From IMG/VR virus record IMGVR_UViG_3300033412_000020, positions 1 through 54,981 of that record: a stretch of DNA of 54,981 nt. The stretch is one strand, 5' to 3'. Below are positions 1 to 9,185 of this stretch, piece after piece (positions within the stretch are counted from its first letter, which is position 1; every line of letters begins with the position of its first letter). Position numbers and translations under genes: made by a program. The notes beneath the pieces were generated by a model. The model searched no databases. It was not told where the DNA came from and worked only from the letters and a program-made list of their open reading frames with translations. This DNA comes from a virus (lineage: Duplodnaviria; Caudoviricetes).

Positions 1-2
1 GG

Positions 3-221
3 CACTCGTTCGCGGAGATGCCCCGCGACGCAGAGGAGTGGTTGGTCCTGGCCAAACAGGTCGGCTGCGTCTGGGCTATCGACCCGCCCACGCTCGACCA
101 CGCCGAGACCGACGTGTACCTGTGCGGGAAACCACGGATGGCCGACGACCGGCTGCACTGCGGCACGCACAACACCGAGTTCCAGCGATCAATCCTGGGG
201 GTGACTGACCTGCTGCGCTAA
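3..221 (+). CDS. hypothetical protein, probably the 3' part of a gene entering from the left edge
   Basis: Frame is open from the window edge (first ATG at 18). Its TAA stop directly abuts pentamer array A. Confidence 0.5.
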   Translation, partial: HSFAEMPRDAEEWLVLAKQVGCVWAIDPPTLDHAETDVYLCGKPRMADDRLHCGTHNTEFQRSILGVTDLLR

Positions 222-824
222 CGACACGCCTCGCCATCTCGGCTCTACTGACAACGCGTGCCTCGTCTGCCCCATACCACTTCATCTCGCATCGACAGGC
301 CATCGCAGATCATCACACTGACAAGCCACTACCAACCGTCGACATGTCTGTACCTGCCAGCTCGGCCTTACCCGACGATACGAACCAGGTCTACGACGGT
401 ACGAGCCAAACCATGACGACAAGCCGATACTCGACGAATCAGTCCCTATCCGACATGCCACTACGTATCCACCCGACTCTAATGACATGTCACTAGCACC
501 CCCGTTCAGACCGACATGCCCAGCCCTCACCGGCCGGCTCGCCCGACATCACATGCCAAGCCCGACCGGCCTCGACGAACCTGTTCGAACCTAAGCCAAT
601 CCGACTGACCAGACCGTGTCCAAGACCGACTAACCAGGCCTTGCCGTTTCCAAGCGACACACCTCACCGTTCCCTGACTAAGCGACATCCCTGTTCATTG
701 CTCGTCAGCTCGGCCCGACACCACAGGCCGTTACATCTCCGTTTCTATCCGACTGGGCTCGTCAAACCTTCGCATCGGCCGACCAGGCACAACCTTTCAC
801 GCCACATCCCACCTAAACCACATA
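222..824 (+). repeat. pentamer-periodic non-coding array A: (NNNNC)n blocks punctuated by GAC
   Basis: Parses as e.g. GAC taacc aggcc ttgcc gtttc caagc GAC acacc tcacc gttcc ctgac taagc GAC atccc tgttc attgc tcgtc agctc ggccc GAC. About 20 blocks, no credible ORF. Confidence 0.85.
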
Positions 825-856
825 CGGCCTGCCACACTGATCAACGTGGCAGGCCG
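825..856 (+). terminator. hairpin closing array A
   Basis: Perfect 11-bp inverted repeat cggcctgccac / gtggcaggccg, with no U-tract. Confidence 0.5.
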
Positions 857-857
857 C

Positions 858-1226
858 ATGTCGTTGGAGCTGGCGCACCGTCAGGGCGCGCACCTGGACT
901 GTGGGCCACTACTGGACGAGTTCCTGGACCAGTTTGCCGGCAAAGACCTCGAACGCATCGTCATCGAGGGCGAAGTCATCAGCGACCAGTTCGTGTCGAC
1001 CGGCGAGGTCATGCACCCCGGCGCCACTGAGACGCTGATGGAGTACTGGACCCACGGCAAGGGCGCGGCGAAGATCCGGTGGGGCGTGGACGGTAGCTTC
1101 GCGCGCTGCGTGCGTCACCTGCGCAAGTACTTCCCGAAGAACCCGGAAGGCTTGTGCGCCAACCTTCACCACCGCGCCACCGGGGAGTGGCCCACTGAGC
1201 ATGGGAAGTTAGGCATACCTAGCTAG
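858..1226 (+). CDS. conserved-looking phage hypothetical protein
   Basis: Motif YW..GKGAAKIRWG..GSFARCVRHL.KY....EGLCANLH..ATGEWP resembles small Cys/His actinophage domains. GC3-rich codons. Confidence 0.65.
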   Translation: MSLELAHRQGAHLDCGPLLDEFLDQFAGKDLERIVIEGEVISDQFVSTGEVMHPGATETLMEYWTHGKGAAKIRWGVDGSFARCVRHLRKYFPKNPEGLCANLHHRATGEWPTEHGKLGIPS

Positions 1227-1247
1227 TCCCACGGGTATCCTGATCAT

Positions 1248-1586
1248 GTGAGTACATCTCAGGTCAGCGTGACCCTCACCTTGATCGGTCAGACCGCACC
1301 GGTGAGCTTGACCATCAACCTGAGTGGATGCGAAGACCAGATCAACGAGCTGAAGGACATCATCATGACCGCGAAGGACGACCTGACCGCCACGCTCACC
1401 ACGGTGGCCGACGGACTGACTGAGGTATCCAAGGATCTCCAGCGCCTGGTGGATCTGTTCAACGAGGCTGTGGCGAACGGCGACCTGGCCGCTGTCCAGG
1501 CCCTCGCAGATCAGCTGGCGGCCAACGTGACCGCGATCGACAACGCCATCGAGGCCGTGGCGCCAGAGACCCCGCCGACCCCGTAG
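1248..1586 (+). CDS. hypothetical coiled-coil protein
   Basis: ORF with helical heptad pattern and typical codon usage. Start uncertain. Confidence 0.6.
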   Translation: MSTSQVSVTLTLIGQTAPVSLTINLSGCEDQINELKDIIMTAKDDLTATLTTVADGLTEVSKDLQRLVDLFNEAVANGDLAAVQALADQLAANVTAIDNAIEAVAPETPPTP

Positions 1587-1652
1587 TTCCACCCAGCTCG
1601 ACGAGCGCGTACGTGCACAACGGCAATCGTGTGCGCGTACGCGCTCAGCTGT

Positions 1653-4121
1653 TTACCGGCCGTCCTCCAGCTCCAGGTTCGCGACCATGACCTTGCGCAG
1701 ACCCACGAACATGCGCTCACCGTGCGACTTGACCCGCTCATAGCCGATCTCCAGCATCCGGCGCGGGAAGTGCTGGTTCGACACCGGCCGGTCGATGAAG
1801 TTCTCCTGGCACCAGCTCCGGTACTGCGCGTACATCTGGTTCGAGGCCATCCGCGCCTGCGGTTCCTTGGTGAACCGGCCGGAGTCCACCATCTCCTCGA
1901 CGAACGTGGTCACGCTGTCCTGGTCGTTGCGGTGCACCTGGACGGCAGCGCGCACGGGCTCCGGCGCGTCCAGGCCGACCTCGCGATACTTGCGCAGGCC
2001 TTCGAGAATCCAGTTCAGAATGCCAGCCGCTTCGTCTTCGAAACGTTTCAGTAGGAACGGGTCCTTATCCGGCGGCACCTCATTGAAGCTGACGATCTTG
2101 ATGCGGTCCCAGGTCGCGCCGTCGGATGGATCGATCCGGAACAGGTGATTCGTGGCCAGCCAGATGACGCACCGAGGCATCCAGGACTGATTCTCCTCGT
2201 ACAACCCGCGCGACGTGATTCGGTCGTACCCAGTGAGCCGTTTGACGAGGGCTTCGTCCATGCGAATGCTCGGGTCCAGCTCGGACACGCTAGCCAGTCG
2301 CATGTTTCTCAGGTCATTCAGGTCATTGCTGGGACCGGACGAGTCGCGTTTCACCTGGAATAGCGAGGATGCGGCTGTCGTCGCGTATCCACCGAGAATC
2401 ATGTTCATTGTCTCGACGAACTTGGACTTGCCAGTCCCTTTAGGACCGTGCAGGACGACCAGGCTGCGCTCAACGGGCTCGCCCAGGAGCGTGTAGCCGG
2501 CCGCGCGCTGGACGTAGTCCTGCAGCGCGGGATCGGGCAGCACTTCGTCGAGGTACTTCTGGAAGGCGGGCGCGCTGGCCTCGGGGTCGTAGTCCGCGCC
2601 CATCATCTTGGTGCAGTAGTGCTCTGGCTTGTGTGGCTCCAGCTCCAGCGTGGTGAGATCGAGCAGCCCGTTGCTGGTGTTCAGCTTATTCGGGTCCTTA
2701 TCGAACTCTTCCAGGTGAATCCACAGCTCAGATTTGAGCAGGTTGATGGCCGCACTGATACGTGCGCTCGTCAGACATCTCAATGCGAACTTGGTTAGCG
2801 ACTCGTTGTTGGTTTCCTTGGCCTGTTCGAGCATCTGATAGATGCTCGTCTTCACGTACTTGCCAAGGATTACCGCTTGATAGTCGACCCGCCACTCGCC
2901 TTTCTCATCCCAGTACAACCATTTGTTGCGCAGGGGGGAGAATCGAAAACGATCCTTGAATTCAGCTGCCAGGAGATCCGTCATTCCACAGTCCGTGTAG
3001 GTGTGCGGTCGCAGAGATCGCTCCGGCGCCTTCGTGAGACCTTTCTCGGCCTCCTCGAACGCCGTGACCACCTCGGCGACCGGCTCGTCCGGCTCGCCCA
3101 TGAAGGTCGCGTCGGACAGGCGCGGCGCCAGCGGTGTGCCGAACCCCTGCGCGCGAAGCTCTCGCGCACCTGCAACCATATCCCCCTGCGCGTGGTAGTG
3201 CGACCATACGAAGAATTTGGTCAATGGCTGCTCGTGCGGCAGGTCGGTGCTCGTGGAGAAGACCCACAGGCCCGGGTCGTCGTCGTGGGTGGTCGCGGAA
3301 TGCCCGTCGGCCCACTTTTTGCCCGGGCGGACCCACCATCGCTCCCCAGCGGGTCCGCCGGGATGCAAGGTCCAACCCTCGGGCTCCAGGATTTCTGCCC
3401 AGTCCGTCCGCAGAGAGAAGTCGTCCCCGGGCGACAGGGTGCCGGCTGGTCGGACCGCAAGCGCGCGCTTCGGGCTCGGTGCCGGTGGCGGGGGAGTCTC
3501 GTCGAGGGCCCTGGCGATGGCCTGGACGACCGACTGGCGCTGAGCCCAGCTGATGGTGGGGATGGTGTCCGGCGAGCCCGCCAGGGCCTCCCAGGGCTCG
3601 CCGGAGGGGTGACAGGAGCCATTCGTCGGCGCCACGATGACGTAGCCGCCCTCGCCCCGGGTCTCGGCCTTCGTCTTGAGCTTGGGGGTCCTGTCCGCGA
3701 CGTACTCGCTGGCGATCTTCGTGTTGCCCGGCACGTCGTGATCCGAAATGCGGTACATGATGTGCAAACCGCCGGAAGGCGACCATTCGGAGTACCCGTT
3801 GTTGGTCAAAAAGTCCCAGAGATCCAGAGTGTCCGAATCCATCTGGTTGGCGATGCGTTCGAGCGAGTGCGCGCCGGTCCAGGCCGACTCCAGCTCCAGC
3901 ATCTCCAGGTTCGCTGACACCTTCCCGCAGATGACCGCGACACCGTGCCCCTCGGGCCAGGTCACCGGGCGTACGGAGCGGTGCTGGAGATCTTTCCAGT
4001 CGCGGTCGGGAGCCTTCGAGCCATCGGGACGAATCGGGACAGTGCTACACCCAGCGTCGTGCCAGGGCACCGCGATGTTGTGTGGGGCTTGACTGGCGAC
4101 CACAACATCTGCCATTGTCAC
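1653..4121 (-). CDS. DNA primase-polymerase fused to D5-like SF3 helicase
   Basis: N-terminal prim-pol motifs (SPSGGLHIMY, TRGEGGYVIVAPT), Walker A GPKGTGKS, and a D5/P4-type C-terminal region. Confidence 0.9.
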   Translation of the reverse strand: MTMADVVVASQAPHNIAVPWHDAGCSTVPIRPDGSKAPDRDWKDLQHRSVRPVTWPEGHGVAVICGKVSANLEMLELESAWTGAHSLERIANQMDSDTLDLWDFLTNNGYSEWSPSGGLHIMYRISDHDVPGNTKIASEYVADRTPKLKTKAETRGEGGYVIVAPTNGSCHPSGEPWEALAGSPDTIPTISWAQRQSVVQAIARALDETPPPPAPSPKRALAVRPAGTLSPGDDFSLRTDWAEILEPEGWTLHPGGPAGERWWVRPGKKWADGHSATTHDDDPGLWVFSTSTDLPHEQPLTKFFVWSHYHAQGDMVAGARELRAQGFGTPLAPRLSDATFMGEPDEPVAEVVTAFEEAEKGLTKAPERSLRPHTYTDCGMTDLLAAEFKDRFRFSPLRNKWLYWDEKGEWRVDYQAVILGKYVKTSIYQMLEQAKETNNESLTKFALRCLTSARISAAINLLKSELWIHLEEFDKDPNKLNTSNGLLDLTTLELEPHKPEHYCTKMMGADYDPEASAPAFQKYLDEVLPDPALQDYVQRAAGYTLLGEPVERSLVVLHGPKGTGKSKFVETMNMILGGYATTAASSLFQVKRDSSGPSNDLNDLRNMRLASVSELDPSIRMDEALVKRLTGYDRITSRGLYEENQSWMPRCVIWLATNHLFRIDPSDGATWDRIKIVSFNEVPPDKDPFLLKRFEDEAAGILNWILEGLRKYREVGLDAPEPVRAAVQVHRNDQDSVTTFVEEMVDSGRFTKEPQARMASNQMYAQYRSWCQENFIDRPVSNQHFPRRMLEIGYERVKSHGERMFVGLRKVMVANLELEDGR

Positions 4122-4141
4122 TCCTACCTGTTGTGTGTATC

Positions 4142-4177
4142 GAAAGCCAGCCCTCCTCCCAGGTCGGGCTGGCTTTC
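4142..4177. promoter_or_regulatory. stem-loop upstream of the primase gene
   Basis: Inverted repeat gaaagccagccc / gggctggctttc. Confidence 0.4.
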
Positions 4178-4322
4178 ATTTTGCTCAGAGGATCTTGCCG
4201 CCCCTTGCGAAGGTTCCGTCAGACTACGGCACCAGACGTGGTTGCTGGCAAGAGTCAACGTGAAAACGTATGCTGGGTTCAGCTAGGCGGTCTCGGTCTC
4301 CTCCGGTCTCCCTTGTGTGCGT

Positions 4323-4356
4323 GAAGAAGCCCTCCAGGACGCTGGAGGGCTTCTTC
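4323..4356 (-). terminator. intrinsic terminator-like hairpin
   Basis: gaagaagccctccag-gacg-ctggagggcttcttc just downstream of the 4367-4672 gene. Confidence 0.6.
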
Positions 4357-4366
4357 GTGTTCGAGG

Positions 4367-4672
4367 TCAGTAGTCGGCGGTTGGAGCATAGTGCGCTTCG
4401 ATGTCCGGTTCAGGAACCTCAACCATCGCCAGAACTCGGCGCCAGTCTTGTTCGAGCGCGTCAACGATCTGCTGAGCAAGGTCACACGCGGCCTCATGAT
4501 CAGCACACAGTCCAACGTGATCGCAGTCCCGAGGGCAGCTGAGCAGACCGTCTTCGTCCATGTCGTCTTCGACCGCGCTCTGGGCACCGTTGAACACGAG
4601 GGAGAGCGCGTAGGCCTGGATCTTGCCACGTGGGTGGTGCTCGTCAGGGATCACGCCAGGAGTGAAGATCAT
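4367..4672 (-). CDS. hypothetical protein
   Basis: ORF coupled (TGATG overlap) to the upstream SSB-like gene. Confidence 0.6.
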   Translation of the reverse strand: MIFTPGVIPDEHHPRGKIQAYALSLVFNGAQSAVEDDMDEDGLLSCPRDCDHVGLCADHEAACDLAQQIVDALEQDWRRVLAMVEVPEPDIEAHYAPTADY

Positions 4673-5349
4673 CAGAACGGGATCTCTTCGTCGAGCGAGT
4701 GATGCTGCGGACCGGAGACCACCGTGTCGGGCATCTCATCGACGACCACGGCCTCGACGGTGCGGTTCTCGCGGGCCTGGCGCACCGCTTCCTCCTGGGC
4801 CAGCCGCTGGGCCCGAAGGCGATCGAGCGTGGACTCACGGCCGGGGTCCGGCGTGTTCACCGGAGTCTCAACCTTGGGTTGAGAGTTTGCTGGCGGCGTG
4901 TCCATCGGGTTGTCCATGAACCCTGGTTCAGCCTGCGGTACCGGTGGCTTGTACCAGGCTTTCCAGCCGATCTTGGGCGGGTTGAACCCGCGCTTCGTGG
5001 CGGGACCGAACTCCAGGAACCGCAGCGCCAGGTCGCCACCGACCTCGATGGTCTTCTGCTTCGCGTCCCGCACGGCCTGCCGGACCGCGTCGAGGCGCTT
5101 CCAGGACAGGTACAGCGCGCGCACGCCGTCGTCCATGTCGTCGTCGTGCAGGTTGGTCTGGAGCATGAGCCGGAACATCCACTTCGGCTTCGTCTTCTCG
5201 TCATCCCAGTACGAAGGCTCGTTTGTGTCCATGTCCCGCTGCTGCTCCTTGACGGGCAGCTCGATGACCGTACCGCGAACCGTGTCACCGATATTGTCGA
5301 AGGGGAAGGTCTTATACCCTCCACCCATAAATTCATCTGTGTCAGCCAT
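4672..5349 (-). CDS. ssDNA-binding-like protein
   Basis: Actinophage OB-fold-like N-terminus, acidic tail ending DEEIPF, located in the replication module. Confidence 0.7.
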   Translation of the reverse strand: MADTDEFMGGGYKTFPFDNIGDTVRGTVIELPVKEQQRDMDTNEPSYWDDEKTKPKWMFRLMLQTNLHDDDMDDGVRALYLSWKRLDAVRQAVRDAKQKTIEVGGDLALRFLEFGPATKRGFNPPKIGWKAWYKPPVPQAEPGFMDNPMDTPPANSQPKVETPVNTPDPGRESTLDRLRAQRLAQEEAVRQARENRTVEAVVVDEMPDTVVSGPQHHSLDEEIPF

Positions 5350-5486
5350 CAGTGCCTCTTTTCAGTGCTCTCAGGATTCTTGACTGTGATGCGGACGAAC
5401 GGCAGTGGGTATATCCGGACTACCGGAGTGTCGCGGTCCTTATATATCCCGACTACGCCGTAGCGCCAGGAGAATTCGACCTTCAT
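5349..5486 (-). CDS. small hypothetical protein (45 aa, MKVEFSWRYG...)
   Basis: AGGAGG RBS, stop overlaps the next start. Below the ORF-track cutoff. Confidence 0.6.
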   Translation of the reverse strand: MKVEFSWRYGVVGIYKDRDTPVVRIYPLPFVRITVKNPESTEKRH

Positions 5487-5494
5487 CGGTCCTC

Positions 5495-5599
5495 CTATTT
5501 GGGCCGGTCCTTCTCGGCCCGCTTCTTGTCCGCCTCTTGCTCTTTAGCGACCCGGTCTTTATCAGCTTGTCGCTCTTTATCAGCGTCGCTCCTACTCAT
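5495..5599 (-). CDS. small charged peptide (34 aa, MSRSDADKERQ...)
   Basis: Start overlaps the end of the previous gene and it fills the gap in the operon. Confidence 0.5.
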   Translation of the reverse strand: MSRSDADKERQADKDRVAKEQEADKKRAEKDRPK

Positions 5600-5876
5600 C
5601 CACTCTCTCCGGCCAGTGCCAGGTTCCCGGGGCCTTGTTCTCGTCATGCTTGCAGGTGTTGAAGAACAGACCGCTCGGGTTCATCACGAACAGGACGCAG
5701 GCTTCCTCGTCCCAGTTCTGGTACATGACTCGACCGTCAGCCGGGAAGTCTTCCATGATGTCGAGCCACGCACCGACCTCCACAATGGTTGCAGCGCGGC
5801 ACGTGGACGAGTACTCGCCGCCAGGCGTGCCGTAGCTGACGTAGTGGACTGCGCGCGAGATGCTGGGCTTGGTCAT
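5592..5876 (-). CDS. phage hypothetical protein
   Basis: PSI.R.VHYVSYGTPGGEY...CRAA.I...GTWHWPERV pattern familiar from phage small proteins. ATGA overlap. Confidence 0.7.
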   Translation of the reverse strand: MTKPSISRAVHYVSYGTPGGEYSSTCRAATIVEVGAWLDIMEDFPADGRVMYQNWDEEACVLFVMNPSGLFFNTCKHDENKAPGTWHWPERVDE

Positions 5877-6106
5877 GCTGAGGGCTTCGAGGTGAGCACG
5901 CCTTCACAGAACCAGTCCCAGTCGTAGAACGCGGCTATGAGAATGCGTTGCGTGCCTTTTTTCTGATAGAACCGCAACACAGTATCGTCGCCGACACGTC
6001 GACCGGCTTCGTCGTGATAGCCGACTTGAACTAGATCGGCGTCGACCGCGTGCACCTTGGAGGGACCTCCGCAGCGCTCGTTCACGGTCACGTTGTAGAT
6101 CGTCAT
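5873..6106 (-). CDS. hypothetical protein
   Basis: Tightly packed in the operon, with RBS. Confidence 0.6.
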   Translation of the reverse strand: MTIYNVTVNERCGGPSKVHAVDADLVQVGYHDEAGRRVGDDTVLRFYQKKGTQRILIAAFYDWDWFCEGVLTSKPSA

Positions 6107-6110
6107 TGTG

Positions 6111-6953
6111 TTACCTTCCTGGACAACCGAACCCGTCGGCCGTCACTCCCATCGTGGCGTCATCGGACGAGAACCACGGACAGAACCCACAATCGTCTGA
6201 GGGATGGGCTGGGAAGTCCTGTGGCGCGGTTCCGTCCAGGAGCATATCCCCGATACCCTGTAGTCGCGCAAGAGCCTCCTCGGCGATTTCTCGGCGGTAC
6301 ACGTCCCGCCAGACGTACGTGTCGCTCAGCCGACCGCCTCGGGCCAGGAAGACCAGGGCCACGTCCTTCACCTGACGGCCAGCGTTCTCATGTCCAAGCC
6401 CGTAAATATTGACCTGGATGATGTACTTGCGGGGCGGGCCCTGGGCGACGTACTTCTTCATGTACTCGGTGCTGGCGGTCTTCCAGTCGATCACCCGGAA
6501 GTTGTTGTGGTCGTACACGTCCGAGGAGCCGGCCACGACGGCGTTCGCGGCGACCCTCATCTCGGTTTCCCAGTGCATGCCGCCGAACTTGGGCGAGAGG
6601 CTGGGCTTGTTGGTCGGCCAGCCTTTGACCGCCTTCTCCATCCAGTGGTGCACGGCGGTGCCCTGGATGGCCGGCCACGGGTCGCGCAGCCGGTTCTTCG
6701 TGGGCACGTCGAGGATCTGGTAGGCGATCTTGCGCTGGCACTCCTCGCCCACCTCGCTGGGACCGAGCAGCTTCTGCAGCGACCGGGGCGAGTTCGCGTC
6801 CGTACTGCGGATGATTTGCTGGACCAGCTTCTTCAGCTCGATTGACTCCGGGTCGCCCGAGGCGCTGTTCATGGTGTCGCAGTTGGGATGGACGGCGTAG
6901 CCCTTTTCGACTAGAAAGCCATCCATGCCCTCTTTGCAGATCAAACAGTCCAT
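6111..6953 (-). CDS. Cas4/RecB-like PD-(D/E)XK exonuclease
   Basis: PSEVG..C.RK, GTAVH, GSSD...IDWKT, Q..IY and C-terminal CGFCPW...C (Fe-S-type cysteines). Confidence 0.85.
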   Translation of the reverse strand: MDCLICKEGMDGFLVEKGYAVHPNCDTMNSASGDPESIELKKLVQQIIRSTDANSPRSLQKLLGPSEVGEECQRKIAYQILDVPTKNRLRDPWPAIQGTAVHHWMEKAVKGWPTNKPSLSPKFGGMHWETEMRVAANAVVAGSSDVYDHNNFRVIDWKTASTEYMKKYVAQGPPRKYIIQVNIYGLGHENAGRQVKDVALVFLARGGRLSDTYVWRDVYRREIAEEALARLQGIGDMLLDGTAPQDFPAHPSDDCGFCPWFSSDDATMGVTADGFGCPGR

Positions 6954-7181
6954 TTAGGACTTCTCTTCCAGCTCCAGGTCCCCGAACTCAGCCGGCACCA
7001 TGATGGTGTCCGTGGCGCCGGTGGCTCTCGTGAGCTGCTGGATGAACTGACGCCCCTCCAGTCCAGCCAGTGCCGTGCGCTGTGCCACGGTGAGGCGGTC
7101 CAGGACGTTGATGTGCTTGTTGGGGCCGATGCCGGCGAACCTGAGTCTCATGGTCGGCAGCGTAGCGCGCACCCCCGACAT
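6954..7181 (-). CDS. hypothetical protein
   Basis: ORF abuts the exonuclease start. ATG at 7181 preferred. Confidence 0.5.
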   Translation of the reverse strand: MSGVRATLPTMRLRFAGIGPNKHINVLDRLTVAQRTALAGLEGRQFIQQLTRATGATDTIMVPAEFGDLELEEKS

Positions 7182-7422
7182 GACGAAGCCCTCGCGGGCC
7201 GGATGGGAGTCCGACAGCCTGCGAGGGCTTCGTGGCGGCAACCTGACTGCAAGGTCGTCATCGCGGGTTCAAGTGTACTGCACGTTGTGATGCCGGCCAG
7301 GGTACTGATCACAGGAGCCTGTGATCCTGGGGGGAGATCAGCAACAGACTCCCTGGCCGGAACCTTTCACAGCTGAGGGGAATACGATCCCAAGGCGCCT
7401 CAGCTGGGAAGCCGACGGTACC

Positions 7423-8235
7423 TCAGCGCTGGATGTCCGGCAACTTATTCTCCGGCTTCTGGTACTTGTTGTAGTGCTTGTTGATGACGTCGGCCACGGC
7501 CAGACGCACCGCTCCGCCCTTCGCCTTGTGGTACGGCGTCGCGGTCGCGATGATGTCCCGGAAGCCGACGTTCACGCCTTCGTCGTCCGCCATCTCCTGC
7601 AGCCGCTTGATGAGCGTGACGACCTTGACCTTGTCGCCGTGGTAGCGCAGGTACGTGGCGATGCCCTCGACGATGCGGTAGTCGAGCGAGCCGTCCACCA
7701 GACCCCACACCTGGTTGATGATGTTCAGCGTCACGTCCAGGCGGGTGTATCCATCCGGGAACTCGACGATTCGCTTCGCGGCGCCCACGCAGGCGAAGCC
7801 GTCGGCGTGGACCTTGAGTCCGTACGACTGGACGATGTTGGTGATCCTGACTTCCCGCTCCAGGCCCTCGTGCACGCCGGCGTTGAACTGATCGATGGTG
7901 TGCATCGTGGCCCGGGTGTTGTACAGCCGGAACAGGCGCGCCTCCTCCGGCAGGGTCAGGCCGTCGAAGATGATCGCGTCCAGCTTGGCTGGCGCCTCCG
8001 GCACCAGCTTGCAGGCCTCGGCACGGTGCCATCCGTCCAGGCAGACGTAGCTGTTGTCGTTGCGCCGGGACACGATGAGCACGCCGAGGGCATCCTCATC
8101 GAAGTCGGCCACCATGGCGTTGATCTTCAGCTTGTTGAGCTGCGCCCGCTGGACGCGGTAGTCGATGGCGATGTCCTTCACGGGCACCGTGCCGACGGTC
8201 TTGGTCGATTCGCTTTGGAGTGCTTTCGGGCTCAT
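7423..8235 (-). CDS. ParB/Srx-like domain protein (DUF6551-like)
   Basis: ID.RVQR...FDE.ALG.L.VS.R....Y.CLDG.HR motif. Confidence 0.75.
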   Translation of the reverse strand: MSPKALQSESTKTVGTVPVKDIAIDYRVQRAQLNKLKINAMVADFDEDALGVLIVSRRNDNSYVCLDGWHRAEACKLVPEAPAKLDAIIFDGLTLPEEARLFRLYNTRATMHTIDQFNAGVHEGLEREVRITNIVQSYGLKVHADGFACVGAAKRIVEFPDGYTRLDVTLNIINQVWGLVDGSLDYRIVEGIATYLRYHGDKVKVVTLIKRLQEMADDEGVNVGFRDIIATATPYHKAKGGAVRLAVADVINKHYNKYQKPENKLPDIQR

Positions 8236-9077
8236 GACTGGTCTCCTTGGTCTTTGAGCATCTCTTTGAACTTCTTGCGCAGGGCGAAGATCTCCCCGTG
8301 GATCTTGTTCAGTTGTTTGAGCCAGACGGCGACCTCTTCGAGGTCGTGGCCCGGGTCGAGATCTGCTGGGTTCGGCAGCGCGAGCGCGGCTCCCTGTAGG
8401 CCAGACATGGCCCGAGGAATGAGTGATCGCTGGTCCGAGATGACCTTCTTGCTGGTGACGGTGGGTCGATGCTGCAGGATCATCTGCATCGCGTTCAGCG
8501 AGCTGAAGATGTTGAACCGCACGGGATACATGGCTTCCCGCAACCGTTTGCGCATCTCCGGCGTGTGCGCCGGGTTGGTGTAGGTTCGGCGAACCCGACC
8601 CAACTCTTCGACCTGGTTGGCCGACATCCCCATAGCCTCGGGAATGTCGATCGCTGACCCCGAGAAGCCTTCGGTCAGCTGCTTCGGGTAGCGCTGACCT
8701 CGACTTTTCGCGCTCATGGCACGCGCGTGAGGTCGGTAGATCTCGCGCATGATGTGCAGCAACTCCATCAAGGCGAACACATCGTGTGGAAGCTCGAACT
8801 GGCCGTCTCGCGTGTTCTTCAGGTGGCTCGACATCGTGAAGAAGTCGCGCGCCACCACCACGTAGATGGTCGTCCAGCCGATCAGGCGGGCGGCCTCGAT
8901 GCGTCGCGCGCCGTCAATGACCCGATATGTGCTGTCTAGTAGGACTGGGTAGTATTGGCCCTCCTTCTTGAGGCTCTTGGACAGTGGGCCCAGGTCTCCG
9001 AGGTCTTCGCGGAGCCAGGCGGGATTGGCGTTCAAGATGTGATCGATCGGTAACGTAACGTCCACACTGGACATCAT
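8232..9077 (-). CDS. ParB N-terminal domain protein
   Basis: R.DLGDL..L..SL...GQ..PVLL....RVIDGARR.EA motif. Start moved to 9077 because the longer ORF overlaps a tRNA. Confidence 0.8.
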   Translation of the reverse strand: MMSSVDVTLPIDHILNANPAWLREDLGDLGPLSKSLKKEGQYYPVLLDSTYRVIDGARRIEAARLIGWTTIYVVVARDFFTMSSHLKNTRDGQFELPHDVFALMELLHIMREIYRPHARAMSAKSRGQRYPKQLTEGFSGSAIDIPEAMGMSANQVEELGRVRRTYTNPAHTPEMRKRLREAMYPVRFNIFSSLNAMQMILQHRPTVTSKKVISDQRSLIPRAMSGLQGAALALPNPADLDPGHDLEEVAVWLKQLNKIHGEIFALRKKFKEMLKDQGDQS

Positions 9078-9103
9078 GAGAAGGCTCCCATCTTCTTCGT
9101 GCG

Positions 9104-9175
9104 TCTTCTCGGAAGGACTCGAACCTTCGACCAAGGGATTAAGAGGCCCCGGCTCTGCCACTGAGCTACGAGAAG
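9104..9175 (-). tRNA. tRNA-Lys(CTT)
   Basis: Acceptor CTTCTCG/CGAGAAG, D-arm GCTCAGTGGCAGAGC, anticodon loop CTCTTAA, T-arm GAAGGTTCGAGTCCTTC. Imperfect anticodon stem, no encoded CCA. Confidence 0.8.
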
Positions 9176-9185
9176 TTGTTGCTGG

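Noticed and set aside
282-1030. ORFs 282-530 (minus) and 641-1030 (plus) over array A, and the extension of ORF 49259-49966 over array B
   Set aside because: Low-complexity P/H/R/S translations, no RBS and no GC3 bias. The region has period 5, not period 3.
5408-5460. Direct repeat ATATCC(G/C)GACTAC as an operator or iteron
   Set aside because: It lies inside a well-supported 45-aa ORF and corresponds to the peptide repeat VVGIY/VVRIY.
6111-6953. Cas4-like nuclease as the adaptation module of the array system
   Set aside because: Solo Cas4-like exonucleases are routine in actinophage replication modules. This one sits in the SSB/primase operon far from the RAMP gene, so nothing links them.
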